Origin: Octopus vulgaris | Lineage: Eukaryota | DNA: 64,000 bases | Direction: 5' to 3' | Assembly: GCA_951406725.2 (NCBI GenBank) | Contig: OX597820.1 | Span: forward strand, 70,866,001 to 70,930,000 | In this document: one piece after another, positions 1-12,123 of the stretch | Layout: each line of letters begins with the position of its first letter | Position numbering within the stretch: position 1 is the first letter of the stretch | Notes under the pieces: generated by a model | Databases searched by the model: none | What the model was told of the DNA's origin: nothing | What the model saw: the letters and a program-made list of their open reading frames with translations, nothing else | Made by a program: the position numbers and the translations under genes

Positions 1-338
1 TTCTTACATGAAAAAACAATATAGTGTGTTGAATAAGGATACAAAGACTGTGTGACAAACCTAAGTATTTTTACATGTGCGCAAAATAAGTATAAGGCTG
101 TGTACATAAAAAGGGAACAACAATTTCAAGTTTTAGGTCAGTGTTTTTTTTTTTCCTTCATCTCCAAATAATAAAATAGATTCCTTGCCTTCTCTTTACA
201 TTAACACACAAGCACGCACTAAAAAGATCTGGCAGTGACTGAAGAAAAGCGAACATGACACGAAGAATTTTATGTCACAAAACTATATTTTGATGAGATT
301 AAATGATAAATAAATATAAGCGGAAATAGTTGTTTTAC

Positions 339-413
339 CTGGTCTGAATGAACTTGTAGGATAACAACAAACAAGTACAATCCGACGAAAATCTTTCTTT
401 CAACAGGTTCCAT
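339..413 (-). CDS. First coding exon of an unidentified divergent gene; encodes putative signal peptide MEPVERKIFVGLYLFVVILQVHSDQ
   Basis: ATG at 413-411, 25 open codons, ends CAG|gtaaaa donor (GT at 338-337, phase 0); basic residues followed by a hydrophobic core and VHS-D cleavage-like site; head-to-head with the tektin promoter. Rest of gene lies left of the window. Confidence 0.7.
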
Positions 414-539
414 TGTGATAAGCGAAGACAATAACTAGTGTCTCGAATAGAAGAAACTCCTTTCTTATATTAAAAGCCCATGTTTCTATAAAAGCTCACC
501 AACGCTCAGCACGAACTTATTTATAAATAAGTCATGAGA

Positions 540-660
540 TGGTAATCACATGATTTACAAAACACCGTTAGTAAAGCGATATTTGATTGGTTCTCACTGT
601 TGTCGACTCCACTAATTGCTGACGAGTTAACATAGTGGGTTGTTGTCATGACAACCTGTA
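540..660. promoter_or_regulatory. Probable bidirectional promoter with RFX X-box
   Basis: Perfect palindrome GTTGTCATGACAAC at 642-655 (X-box-like), ATTGG/CCAAT box 586-590, TCACATGA E-box 546-553, repeat-free and locally CpG-retaining; lies between two outward-facing splice donors (338 on -, 692 on +). Confidence 0.65.
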
Positions 661-691
661 TACACACTTCTAACGACAATTTCAATAGCAG
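656..691 (+). other. TEKT2: Putative non-coding first exon (5' UTR) of the tektin gene; start approximate
   Basis: CAG|gtaaaa donor at 691/692 just downstream of the X-box; next acceptor ttgcag|G at 8996/8997 precedes the ATG exon. Confidence 0.45.
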
Positions 692-1411
692 GTAAAATAC
701 TTTTTGTCTTAAAAATTCTTCGATTTTAATTCAATGATAACTATGAAAACTGAATTTTTTTTAACGTATTTCTGTTCATCTTTTTTATATATTTATAAAT
801 ATTACGGGAAAATCCTTATTTTATTCTCTTGTCAATTGTCAACACCGCTCGCTTGCATTTAAACGATGTGCATTATAGTAAAACAAAACAAAAAAAAAAA
901 AATTAGGAGTTCGCAATACTAAGAATCTTTCCTAAATTATCTCGGAAAGTAAATGATATTGCTATTAACATCATATATTCTCATTTCTTTTCCTTTAGTC
1001 ATTCGGTAAAATATTTTTCAGTTGCATTTCAAATTCAATTTTTTTTTTAATTGTTAAAATAAAAAAAAATTGCATATATAAATTTTTCCTTCCAATAATT
1101 CGGCCTGATTTTCTGAATCTGAAGATAACATTCTCTGGAAATACTCTTAAATTCCCAAATAGACCAATAGATATATATTTTATCTTCCTCCTTATCAGTA
1201 GTAGAAGCATTACTACTATGGATCCGATAAGCAAATCCGTATGTGGTTGCTCTCCCTGCATGAAATAGCAGCCAAATCTCCCTTCTCTTACAGCCTGATA
1301 TCGTTATAAAAAAAAAAGAAATAATAATAAGGAAGGGCACATTAAATAATGTAGTCATAGACATACATCAGGCTTCTAAAAAAATTTAGATTACAGCTAA
1401 AATGTTTCGAT

Positions 1412-1473
<62 letters not shown>

Positions 1474-2164
1474 GAATTTCAAGGAAAGAAAGTGAAAGTA
1501 ACAGAGAAGGTTAAAGACAGTAACATCATGATCATCATTATTACCGTCATCATTACCATCATCATCATCATCCTTAAAGCCATTACAGTCTTTTTTTGCA
1601 ATGCAAACTATTCCACAAAATTATCAAACCCAAAAAGTAGAAAATTTTTATTTCATTCATTTATTTATTTATACATTTATTTTACATTCATTATTTATAT
1701 TTAATCCTCGGATAAGCATTTCTGGGGGGAAATTGGATAGATGGAAACTATGCTGAAGCTCATCAGACTGTACAAGTCCTGCATGGAAGCTTTAATCACC
1801 CAGCTTGATATCATTATCTGCCCCTTAGGTCATCATCATTTTAACATCCACTTTTCTATGCTTGCATGCATTGTACAGAGCTAAGTGAGCCACATTACAG
1901 CTGGTTGCCTTTCTTGTCACCAACCTTCACCTATTTCCAAGAAAGGTGATATTTCCACGTTATCAGGTTTGCTTTTGCAGAATATTGAGAATAAATGACA
2001 TGTCAAGGAGATATAAACATACGTACACACACACATACATGCTTATATACATACATACACACATACATACATACATACATACATACATACATACATACAT
2101 GCATACGTATATGCATATGTGCATATATACATGTGTGTGTACATACATACATATATACATGATA

Positions 2165-2345
2165 GATTGTTAGCCACTACACACATTTTTTTCTTTCCTT
2201 GTTTTTTCTGTGTACCTTTCTGTAGAAGGGTGTAGGCTCGAAATGTAAAAGACTTTTTCTATTCCTGAGCGTTATACTAATACATCTGTTTGTTTTGTAC
2301 ACCACCTGTCTTCATCTTTTTTTTCGTAAACTTTCCCTATATATA
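2165..2345 (+). mobile_element. Probable PLE terminal-repeat remnant with degenerate minimal hammerhead
   Basis: cttt-CTGTAGA-agggtgtaggctc-GAAA-tgta-aaag; fragment of the same repeat on - strand at about 38146-38185. Confidence 0.4.
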
Positions 2346-2347
2346 TT

Positions 2348-2564
2348 ACTCTTTACTCTGTTACTTATTTCAGTCATTTGACTGCGGCCATGCTGGAGCA
2401 CCACCTTTAGTCGAGCAAATCGACCCCGGGACTTATTCTTTGTAAGCCCAGTACTTATTCTATCGGTCTCTTTTGCCGAACCGCTAAGTGACGGGGACGT
2501 AAACACACACCAGCATCGGTTGTCAAGCAATGCTAGGGGGACAAACACAGACACACAAACACAC

Positions 2565-2595
<31 letters not shown>

Positions 2596-2768
2596 CATAT
2601 ATACGACAGGCTTCTTTCAGTTTCCGTCTACCAAATCCACTCACAAGGCATTGGTCGGCCCGGGGCTATAGCAGAAGACACTTGCCCAAGATGCCACGCA
2701 GTGGGATTGAACCCAGAGCCATGTGGTTGGTTAGCAAGCTACTTACCACACAGCCACTCCTGCGCCTA
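2348..2768 (-). mobile_element. tRNA-derived SINE family A, full length
   Basis: A box TGGCTGTGTGG, B box GGTTCAATCCC, CORE-like cttgggcaagtgtctt, internal (TA)n(TG)n, (AAGAGTA)n tail; near-identical copies at 5663-6056(-), 40010-40419(-), 47272-47663(+), 48404-48824(-). Confidence 0.9.
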
Positions 2769-3085
2769 TATATATATATATATAAATTAAGCAGAAAGTT
2801 TTGTATTTAAAAAAATGATAATCGATGGTAGTCAATTTCTTTGTTGATCTTAAAATTTTCTCCATTTTCTGCTTAATTTAAATTTGATCCCTTATAAACT
2901 CTTGCTTATTTGTTATTGCCTGTATCCTATGAGCATAGTATGCTTGCATATCCATGCCCAGGTTTAACATAGGTAATTTATACCGGTAGTAAAAATGGAT
3001 ATTCTTATCCTTTAGACAGTTATTCCAACTGCTAACTCTACTTATCTATATATACATATACATATACATACATATATATATATGC

Positions 3086-3208
3086 ATATTAAAGTTAGAT
3101 AAGGCCAGTTTATTGGATTACCTTAGGTTTCATAGTCATAAGGCTAAGCCCTTTATGGATGTGGACCCTAAGGTCTTCTCATAAACCAACCTTATCTAAC
3201 TTTAATAT
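3086..3208. repeat. Short foldback/MITE-like element in (TA)n
   Basis: 19-bp terminal inverted repeat atattaaagttagataagg ... ccttatctaactttaatat with further internal complementarity. Confidence 0.6.
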
Positions 3209-3546
3209 ATACTGCTCTATAACTTAGAGTGTGCTTCTTCTTTTGGATTCATGTTTTTACAGATGATATGTGTGTGTGTGTGTGAGTGTGTAAACACAGA
3301 GGGGACAAGCAAAGGGATTAAGTCGATTACTTCAACTCCAGTGTGTAGCTGGTACTTATTTAATCAACCCCGAAAGAATGAAAGGCAAAGTCGACCTCAG
3401 CAGAATTTGAACTCAGAATGTAACGACAGACGAAATACTACTAAGTATTTCACCCGGCGTGCTAACGATTCTGCCAGCTCTCTGCCTATGTATGAATATC
3501 TGTGTGTGTTTGTGTGTGTGTAATTATATGTGCCAATATCTCATTG

Positions 3547-3984
3547 TAAGGGAACATGTGGAAGGAGTAGACCCAGAAACACATGGGATGAAGTGGTGAG
3601 AAAGGATCTACTAATGTTGGGACTCACAAAGGAGATGACAGGGGACCGAGACTCCTGGCAGTTTGCTGTGCTTGAAAAGACACATCAAACTAAGTAAAAA
3701 CATAGGTGCCCTTGCATAGGAGTTTATCTCTTGCAACACTCTCCAGCTGAGTAACCCTAATCTTGCAGGTTCATGGGTTCTGGTGCCACATAAAAAGAAC
3801 CCGTACTGATGCTGTGTAAAAGCTCCCAGTACACTCTGTAAAGTGGTTGGCATTAGGAAGGACATCCAGCCACCGAAACCCTGCCAAAACAGACATGGAG
3901 CTTGTACAACTCTTCAGCTTGTCAGCTCCTGTCAAACCCATGCCAGCACAGAAAATGGATGTTAAATAATTATGATGATGATGG

Positions 3985-3985
<1 letters not shown>
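3547..3985 (+). mobile_element. RTE LINE 3' end (ORF C-terminus + 3' UTR)
   Basis: Translates GTCGRSRPRNTWDEVVRKDLLMLGLTKEMTGDRDSWQFAV, then ggcattaggaaggacatccagc motif and (GAT)n tail. Confidence 0.85.
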
Positions 3986-4031
<46 letters not shown>

Positions 4032-4582
4032 CACCCACCACTACCAAAGGCCTAAATGTTGATGACTAGCGAGAGACAGGCTGTGGTGGAAGGAGTTCAG
4101 GGACAAGTTCTTCTTTCAGGAGTGATGAAGCCCTGGATAGGGATAAGAATGTGTGTGTGTGTGTATGTGTGTGCACGTGTGTGTGTATAGATTGGGTTCT
4201 TTTCCATTTACCAAATCCACTCACAAGATATTGGTTGGGCTGAGGCTATAGTAGAAGATATTTGACCAAGGTGTCTTGCAGTGGTTGGAAAACAAACTTC
4301 TTAACCTTACAGCCATGCCTGTTTCTTTTGAAAATCTAATCTGTTGCAAGTATTTGAACCAGGTCGTCAATTTGAAGACAACTCTATATTTTGAACGGTT
4401 GTTTCCTACTGCAATAACCTATGCAATGTTTCTTTGTCCTTTCTTCCACCAATCTTAGAGAACCAGAAAAGATCCTTTATCAACCTCTGCCATACAAAAC
4501 ACACTAAAAAAAAATCACCTGAATAACCTTTTTCATGTTTATTTTAATTGTAAAAAGGATTAATCACTAATTACATTACATT

Positions 4583-5383
4583 ACATTTGGGCCTCACAGA
4601 GGCAATAACAAGAGACTGAGACCTTTGGAGATATGCTATGATTGAGAAAATCTGGCAAGTGAAGTGAGATTGCAGCCACGGCCAATGCCAGTGTTGCATA
4701 ACCAGCCCATTTAAAAGTACCCTTGAATCGTCAGGTGATATGCTGTGCTTTAGAAGACCTGTTGAGTTGAGTGAAATTGAATTCGTATTCACGGCCAGTA
4801 GCACCTGACTGGCACCCATGCTGGTGGCATGTAATAAGCACCATTTGAGCGAGGGTTGATGCAGTGCTGGCTGACTGACTCCCTTTGGTGGCACATAAAA
4901 AGCACAATCTGAATGTGGTCAATGCCAGCGCACCCTGACTGGCTCCCATGCAGGTGGCACGTAAAAAGCACCCACTACACTCTTGGAGTGGTTGGCGTTA
5001 GGAAAGGCATCCAGCTGTAGAAACCTTGCCAGATCGGGTGAGCTGGCAGAAATGTTAGCACACCGGGTGAAAAGCTTTGTGGTATTTCATCCATTGCTGC
5101 GTTCTGAATTCAAATTCCGCTGAGGTCGACTTTGCCTTTCATCCTTTCGAGGTCGATTACAAATAAGTACCAGTTATGCACTGGGGTCGATGTAATCGAC
5201 TTAATCCGTTTGTCTGTTCTCGTTTGTCCCCTCTATGTTTAGCCCCTTGTGGGCAATAAAGAAATAAGAAACCTTGCCAGATCAGATCAGAGCCAGGTGC
5301 AGCCTACTGGTTTGCCAGTCCTCAGTCAAACCATCCAACCCATGCCAGCATGGAAAACGGATGTTAAACAGTGATGATGATGA
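4583..5383 (+). mobile_element. RTE LINE 3' end with nested SINE C
   Basis: LGLTEAITRD*DLWRYAMIEK, tandem ~60-bp UTR units, terminal hairpin and (GAT)n. Confidence 0.85.
5036..5266 (+). mobile_element. SINE family C with 17-bp TSD
   Basis: TSD agaaaccttgccagatc at 5019-5035 and 5267-5283; B box-like GAATTCAAATTCC, central gtcgactttgcctttcatcctttc domain. Other copies about 3290-3485(-), 10503-10742(-), 41232-41450(+), 45270-45480(-), 51860-52070(+), 53105-53332(+), 57718-57970(+). Confidence 0.92.
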
Positions 5384-5610
5384 TATATATAATACATACA
5401 CGCCCACATATATATCAAAATAATATGGGTGACTAATTCACAATTTTGCAACCTAAAGGCAGAAATATATGTATCACAAAAGTGACAAATGGCACTAAAC
5501 ACCACTATTATTGCTAAAAATATTTGCCACAGTTATTGAGTTGTTTTGATTCTTATTTCTAGCAGCACTGGTGTTGATTAATGCTTTTTGTCACTTTAGT
5601 GATGCATATA

Positions 5611-6242
5611 CAGGGTTGGCCAGAAGTCACCCAACAGTAAATCAAAATTCCATAAATACTATACTCTTTACTCTTTTACTTGTTTCAGTCATTCGACTGT
5701 GGCCATGCTGGTGCACCGCCTTTAATCGAGCAACTCAACCCCGGGACTTATTCTTTTGCAAGCCCAGTACTTATTCTATCGGTCTCTTTTGCCAAACCAC
5801 TAAGTAACGGGGACATAAACACACCAGCATCAGTTGTCAAGCAATGCTAGGGGGACAAACACACACGCGTATATATATATACATACATATATACGACAGG
5901 CTTCTTTCAGTTTCCGTCTACCAAATCCACTCACAATGCTTTGGTCGGCCCGAGGCTATAGTAGAAGACACTTGCCCAAGGTGACACACAGTGGGACTGA
6001 ACCCAGAACCATGTGGTTGGTAAACAAGCTACTTACCACACACCTACTCTTACGCCTACTATCTGTAATTCTGTATTGAATCGAATGGAAAAAATGTGTC
6101 GCTCAAGAGGGGCTTTAGTTTGAACAATTTTCATGATGTTTCATATTTAGATGCTTTTATTGAATTCATTCAGTTGATAAATATAAATAAATCTTGGAAT
6201 TAAATGACTTTGATTTACTGTCATTTACTTGACATTTGGTCA

Positions 6243-6247
<5 letters not shown>
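5611..6247 (+). mobile_element. Tc1/mariner-type non-autonomous element interrupted by SINE A (5663-6056, TSD tactat)
   Basis: TA|CAGGGTTGGCCAGAAGTCAC..CAGTAAATCAAA at left, TTTGATTTACTG..TGACATTTGGTCAACCTG at right. Confidence 0.7.
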
Positions 6248-6279
<32 letters not shown>

Positions 6280-9020
6280 TGTGTGTGTGTGTGTGTGTGC
6301 ATTAGCAGAAAATCACCAGGAGGGCAGTATACCTGCTAGTACATTTAATGAAAACAATTGAACAGAAGGAAAAGAGAGAGAGAGCATTGCAAGGAAAGAA
6401 AGTGAAAATAGCAGTGAGAGGGAAAAGACAAAATGTATTTAATGAAATAAGTGGGGAAGGGATACGAATGAAGTGAGTGAGTGAGGAAGAGACAAAGAGG
6501 GAGAGGAGTAAGACATTTAAAACCCGTTTGCTTTCTTTTATTTGTTAGTTACATACTCATAACAAATTTATAAGCAGGTTTCTTTACAATAGAAAAATCA
6601 TTTGAAAACAAGTGTTAATATGTCCAAAATGGACTGCTAATAATTGTAGCAGACTTTGATGGCAGAGTTTCATTTATCTTGTATTTGTTCGTTTTGTATT
6701 TTATAAATGTGCAGGAAGCCTAACAGGCCCTCCCAGGTTGATTACATCAATGAGGTTTAATTAATTATGTAAAAGAAAACATGATGAACATAGATGGATA
6801 ATCTGACAGGTTGCCAGACTACAAGTAGCATGTTGAATCCTGTTGTCAGCAGCAGTGCAGTGTACGAATAATAAGACTGAGATGTTAAACTGTGAACCAG
6901 TGATAATCTGCTGTGTAATCACTTACCTTGTTAGAAACAGATATCACATCACCTTCTAATCACAATGGATTATCTGAAGCGTGTGCGTGTGTGTATGCTT
7001 GAGTTTGAGATAGCCGGAGGAAAATGTGGTGGGGACAGGTGGAGGAGGAGATTGGGAGGGTTGGGTTGAGGAGGGAGGATGCCTAAAACAGGGCAAGATG
7101 GCAAGATGATGTGAGGGTGGTTGCTATGGCATTGAGGTAGCTCCGGCCACCCCCGTTAATGGGGAGAACACCCAAATTCAAAACACTGGATGATGATAAT
7201 GATGATGATGATGTGTGTGTATATACATATATGTATGTGGGTGTAAGAATGAATGAGACCTCGATATTATGTAAAATAGAGGAATTTATCTATAAATATA
7301 ATATGTGACAATTAGTTGGTTGTCATAATAAAACTCAGAATTTCGGATACCGGGGCTGAAGTCTGCTCCGGTATCTCATCCGTTAAGACAAAACACTATG
7401 AAAACAAACTGTTGAATAAAGGGAAATTACTCCAATTACTCCTCCTTAATAGGCATGGTGAAAGTAATACTTCATTCATAGAATCTGCATATACACACAC
7501 TCATACATGTATGCACGCGCACACACACACACACACACATTGATTAATGAGAGAGAAGGAAGATGGAAGATATGAGAATGTTTATTAACCACTACACTTA
7601 ATTTGACCTATATGGCATTGATCCCTCCTGGGTGGGATACTTAACAACTGGTTTAGAAGTATCCATCTGTGTAGATGTGTCTCTTCAGGTGATTACAGTA
7701 TGTATCTCATTAAAATAATGACTGTTCCACAGGATATCTTCTCAGTTTGTGTATAGAAAAACAGCAAATTAAGGGGTTCAGTTTCATTTTTACAGAAGAT
7801 CAATAATAAATAACAAATGCAGAACCACTGATCTAGGGCTTCTTTCAGTTTCCATCTACTAAATCCACTCACAAGGCTTTGGTCGGCTTGTGGCTATAGT
7901 AGAAGACACTTGCCCAAAGTGCCATGCAGTGGGACTGAACCCGGAACCATGTGGTTGGTAAGCAAGCTACTTACCACACAGCCACTCTTACACCTACATA
8001 TTCAAGATTAACCCATTTGTTACCATATTTCTATTGAAAAACACTTCCTTAGTATTAATTCATTTTGATAGCAATGAAGAATTCAGTAATTCTTCATTGA
8101 TTTCAGAATTAATTAAAACAAAACTTACTAAGCTGCTGTGTGGGACATAAATTTAACATGGAATTTTATTGGCAGATTTTAATGTAGTTCACTTTAAAAC
8201 AATGAGTTTGTATCATAGAACCCAGGGAGGTTGGGATCCAATGGATTAGGATACCTAATGACCTTTAGAGAACAAACCAATCACAGCATAGAACAAATGC
8301 AAATATTTTAAAGATATTGTTCTTCTCTGAAAATGTCTTAAATAGTTCTGGAAACAAAAGGGACAAGTTTAACAAGTCACTTTGGACGTTTAGATATTTA
8401 CCTTTTACTTGTTTCAGTCATTGGACTACAGCAATGCTGTGGCACCATCTTGAAGGGTTTGGTTCGATAAATCTCCCCCTGTACTTGTTTTTTAAAAGTC
8501 TGGTACTTACCCTGACAGTATCCATTGCTGAACAGCTAAGTTGCGGAAATATAAACAAACTAGCACTGGTTATCAAGCCGTGGGGGTGTTGGAAACAAAT
8601 GCAAACACACACATACTCACACAACCACACAAATACATACACACACACACACACACACACGCACAACTGGCTTTGACAGCTTCCACCTACCAAATTCACT
8701 TACAAGGCATTGGTTGGGATGGGACTTCAGTAGAAAATAACTAGCCCAAGGTGCCTCACAATGTGATTGAACCTGAAATCACTTGGCTGCAAAGCATGAT
8801 TCTTACTACACAGCCATGTCTAGACTATTCATTCATATTTTCACATGATAGTAACAGTTTCTTGAAAGCATTGTCAAATTTTCATTTAGTCTATAACTAT
8901 CTTGTATTGATAATATGTCATGAATTTCCGACTAGAATTTCTTTAATTGATTATAAATGTCTCATTTTCTTTATTAGTTCTGTCTTTCCATTGCAGGAGT
9001 AGTACAGTTAAATTTTCAAG

Positions 9021-9431
9021 ATGGCCACTGAACTTCACAAAGTTCATTACCAACCAAAGGATTGGTTTACCAACAACTATAGCATCTCTACAAATTCTGA
9101 ACGAGAGCAAAAGGCCTCCACTAACTGTCGACAAGAAGGGCGATACCTACGCAATGAAACCTATGCTCAAACAAAATGGGACGAGTACCACAATAACATC
9201 AGGCTCGGTGATAGGGTAGACCAAATTAGAAAATGGAAAGAAATACTTGAGAAAACGCTACAGGATTTGGATAAAGAAATTGGAGATTTATCTACATCCA
9301 AAGATTTGGCGGAACAACAACTCGAGGACATGAACCTTGCAACTGATGTTAATGTAGAAAATTTGACTCTCCGAGAGAGCCACTATGGCATAGACCTTAC
9401 TGAAGATGACCCTGAGCTTGACCTTAGAAAG
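9021..9431 (+). CDS. TEKT2: Tektin-2 (tektin-B1-like) coding exon 1
   Basis: MATELHKVHYQPKDWFTNN...RQEGRYLRNET..TKWDEYHNNIRLGDRVDQIRKWKEILEK...LTLRE...LRK matches the TEKT2 N-terminus; in-frame TAA at 9009-9011 upstream, aagATGG context, acceptor at 8996, donor AAG|gtttgt, phase 0. Confidence 0.93.
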
Positions 9432-9519
9432 GTTTGTTGATTTGAGACAGATGATTTTATTTTGGTATTATTTTTCTATTATTGATTCCAGTCATGTCTA
9501 GAATACATTATAGAAATAT

Positions 9520-9747
9520 TTAACCAATTCCAATTCTTGCTATGTTTAATTCTTCAGCTCTCAAATTACTCTATCACACGTAATGCTTATTGGCTCACTT
9601 TGTTTTAAATTAATCATGAGTTATGTCATAGCTTCAAGATTTTAATTAGGTGATTATTTTTAGAATGACATTGTGGGGTAGATTTGAACATAAAACAGGT
9701 AGAATATTTGAGTAAGATATGGCAAGTTTAAATGCTACAGGGTGAAG
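9520..9747 (+). mobile_element. piggyBac-type MITE (second copy, reversed, about 46743-47111 with an RTE tail inserted)
   Basis: Shared body (aacataaaacaggtagaatatttg, tagaatgacattgt) and TTAACCCT/AGGGT(T/G)AA-like ends. Confidence 0.55.
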
Positions 9748-10077
9748 CCCTTTGCGCTGAGCCTATAGAGCATATGCACTTGGCTATAGGTTGTCTTTTT
9801 TACTTCTCTCAAGTTGATTCCAGCTTTTTCCAGCTCTGCTTCAATAACCCACCCCGTATATCTCCCTGAGGGAAGACTTTCCTCCCTCGGGTCTTGTCGA
9901 ATTTGAATTGATATCAATGCTTCTGTAGCTGTGCTTTCTTCTGAGTGGGGCTGTTGGCCCAATGTAAACCCATTTTTACCTCTGGGAAGAGGTGGTCCAT
10001 ATTAGTTTGCCTTCTTATTTATATACACATGTACATAATCATTTAGCATCCATACATACATACATACATACATACAT

Positions 10078-10117
<40 letters not shown>

Positions 10118-10422
10118 CATCATCATTATCAACTTTTAACTTCTGTTTTCCATGCTGATATGGATTGGATTGTTTGAGAGGAGGTGGCCAGCTGGAGAGC
10201 TGCCCAACTCCAGTTGTCTGCTTTGACATCGTTTCTATGGCTGGATGCCCTTCTTAACACCAAACAATTCACAAAATGTACTGAGTGCTTTTTATATGGC
10301 AACAGTATGGGTGCTATTATTTATCATTCAGCTCCATGCAACTTAAAGTTTCATAGGTTCATCAAAGGAACTGAACAACTCACCAGGCACATAGAACTCA
10401 ATATATATATACACACACACAA

Positions 10423-10472
<50 letters not shown>

Positions 10473-11741
10473 TTACACACTCCCACACACACACACTCAT
10501 ATATATCTCTTTATTGCCCACAGTGGGGGCTAAACATAGAGGGGACAAACAAGAACAGACAAAGGGATTAAGTCGATTACATCAACCCCAGTGTGTAACT
10601 GGTACTTATTTTTAATCAACCCCAAAAGGATAAAAGGCAAAGTCAACCTCAGCAGAATTTGAACTCAGAATGTAACAGCAGACGAAATACTGCTAAGCAT
10701 TTCGCCCAACATGCTAATGATTCTGTCAACTCGCTGTCCTAACACACACACACACACACACACACATATGCAGGAATTGAACACCTAATTTGTATATCTT
10801 TAATTACCTCTGACAAGTTTTGACTTTCAAATAATTTTTAATTTTATTAATTAATTTTCTGCAGGACTAGAATTGAAACAGCTGTTAGAGATGTTGTCAA
10901 TTTTTTAAAATTAATAAATAATAATTTATTAATTGTCTCTCTATTTTCTTATCTTATTGATACATATATATATGTATGTATGTATATATATGTGTCTGCA
11001 TGTGTGTGTTTGTGTGTATATATATCATGCTAGCATCGAAAACAGACGTTAAATGATGATGATATATACATACAAACACACAGACACACATTGTCATAAT
11101 ATAAAGATAATATATGTTTTATGGCATGAAAGAGAAAAGAATCATAATTTTGGAAAAAGAAAAGGAGCTCTATACATATTGCAGAATGTGCAGCATATTC
11201 AATTATCAGTATTACGGAGATGTACTTGCATAGCAAGTGACCTGATCTGAGATCGTTGTCTGGAATGAAAACAATTGCAGCATGGAAGGTGTTTATAAGT
11301 CATTTAAAAAACACACAAAAACCATGAGATTCACTTCAGCATTTAAATTTAATTTGCCAAAATATTTTTATCGCTTTGAGACCGCGACCTCTTCACTGAC
11401 AAAATTCTGTGCTGTATCTCAGTTATTTTTCAAAAACTGAACACTTTCTTAATTATCACTAAAAAAAATAACTAATTAATTTGGAAAGCCCAGTACAGTC
11501 TATGTAACAAAATTATTGTAGCCCTGTATTATTGCTAAAATTAAATTGATATAACTAATGTTAAATAATAAGGTAGCAAAGTTGTAAAAGTAAAAAAAGG
11601 AAACAATTGATCGCAGAGAGCATGAGCAGAGGCACAGTTACAAGCATGATCATGATCATGAGTATGATCCCGAGTAAGAGTACAATGACAAGCCTAATGA
11701 CTTCATAAAAATATTCAATTCTCTTGTCCATACTATATGTT

Positions 11742-12050
11742 TGGAGGCGAAATGGCCCAGTGGTTAGGGCAGCGGACTCGCGATCGGAGGATCGCAGTTT
11801 CGATTCCCAGACCGGGCGTTGTGTGTGTTTATTGAGCAAAAATACCTAAAGCTCCCCACGGCTCTAGCAGGTGGGGTGGCGACCCTTGTTGTACTCTTTC
11901 GTCCCAACTTTCTTCCTGTTTCTTGAGTAATGCTGTGATGGACTGGCATCCCGTCCAGCTGGGGAGGGGGGGAATACATACGCCATAGAAACCGGGAAAC
12001 CAGGCCCATGGGCCTGGTTAGGCTTGAAAAGGGCACATAAATAAAAAATA
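11742..12050 (+). mobile_element. tRNA-derived SINE family B
   Basis: ggaggcgaaaTGGCCCAGTGGttagggcagcggactcgc..GTTTCGATTCCC head; related copies 29351-29655(+), 39838-40000(-), 61153-61450(-); CORE-bearing relatives 36286-36592(-), 56683-56912(-). Confidence 0.88.
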
Positions 12051-12123
12051 AAAATACTATATGTTATTAATAGTTCTCCATTGTTAAATGATTGCCAAAT
12101 TTTTGTAAATATTTGTATTGTAG

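Noticed and set aside
2312-2810. Recurrent ORFs such as MSSNARGTNT..RQASFSFRLPNPLT
   Set aside because: Chance frames through multicopy SINE A, not a gene family.
11230-11415. Hammerhead in an unclassified repeat-like island
   Set aside because: No convincing CUGANGA and GAAA pair on either strand.
11742-11820. tRNA genes (also 29351, 47272, 60570)
   Set aside because: A/B boxes present but they continue into SINE bodies and lack a full cloverleaf and terminator.
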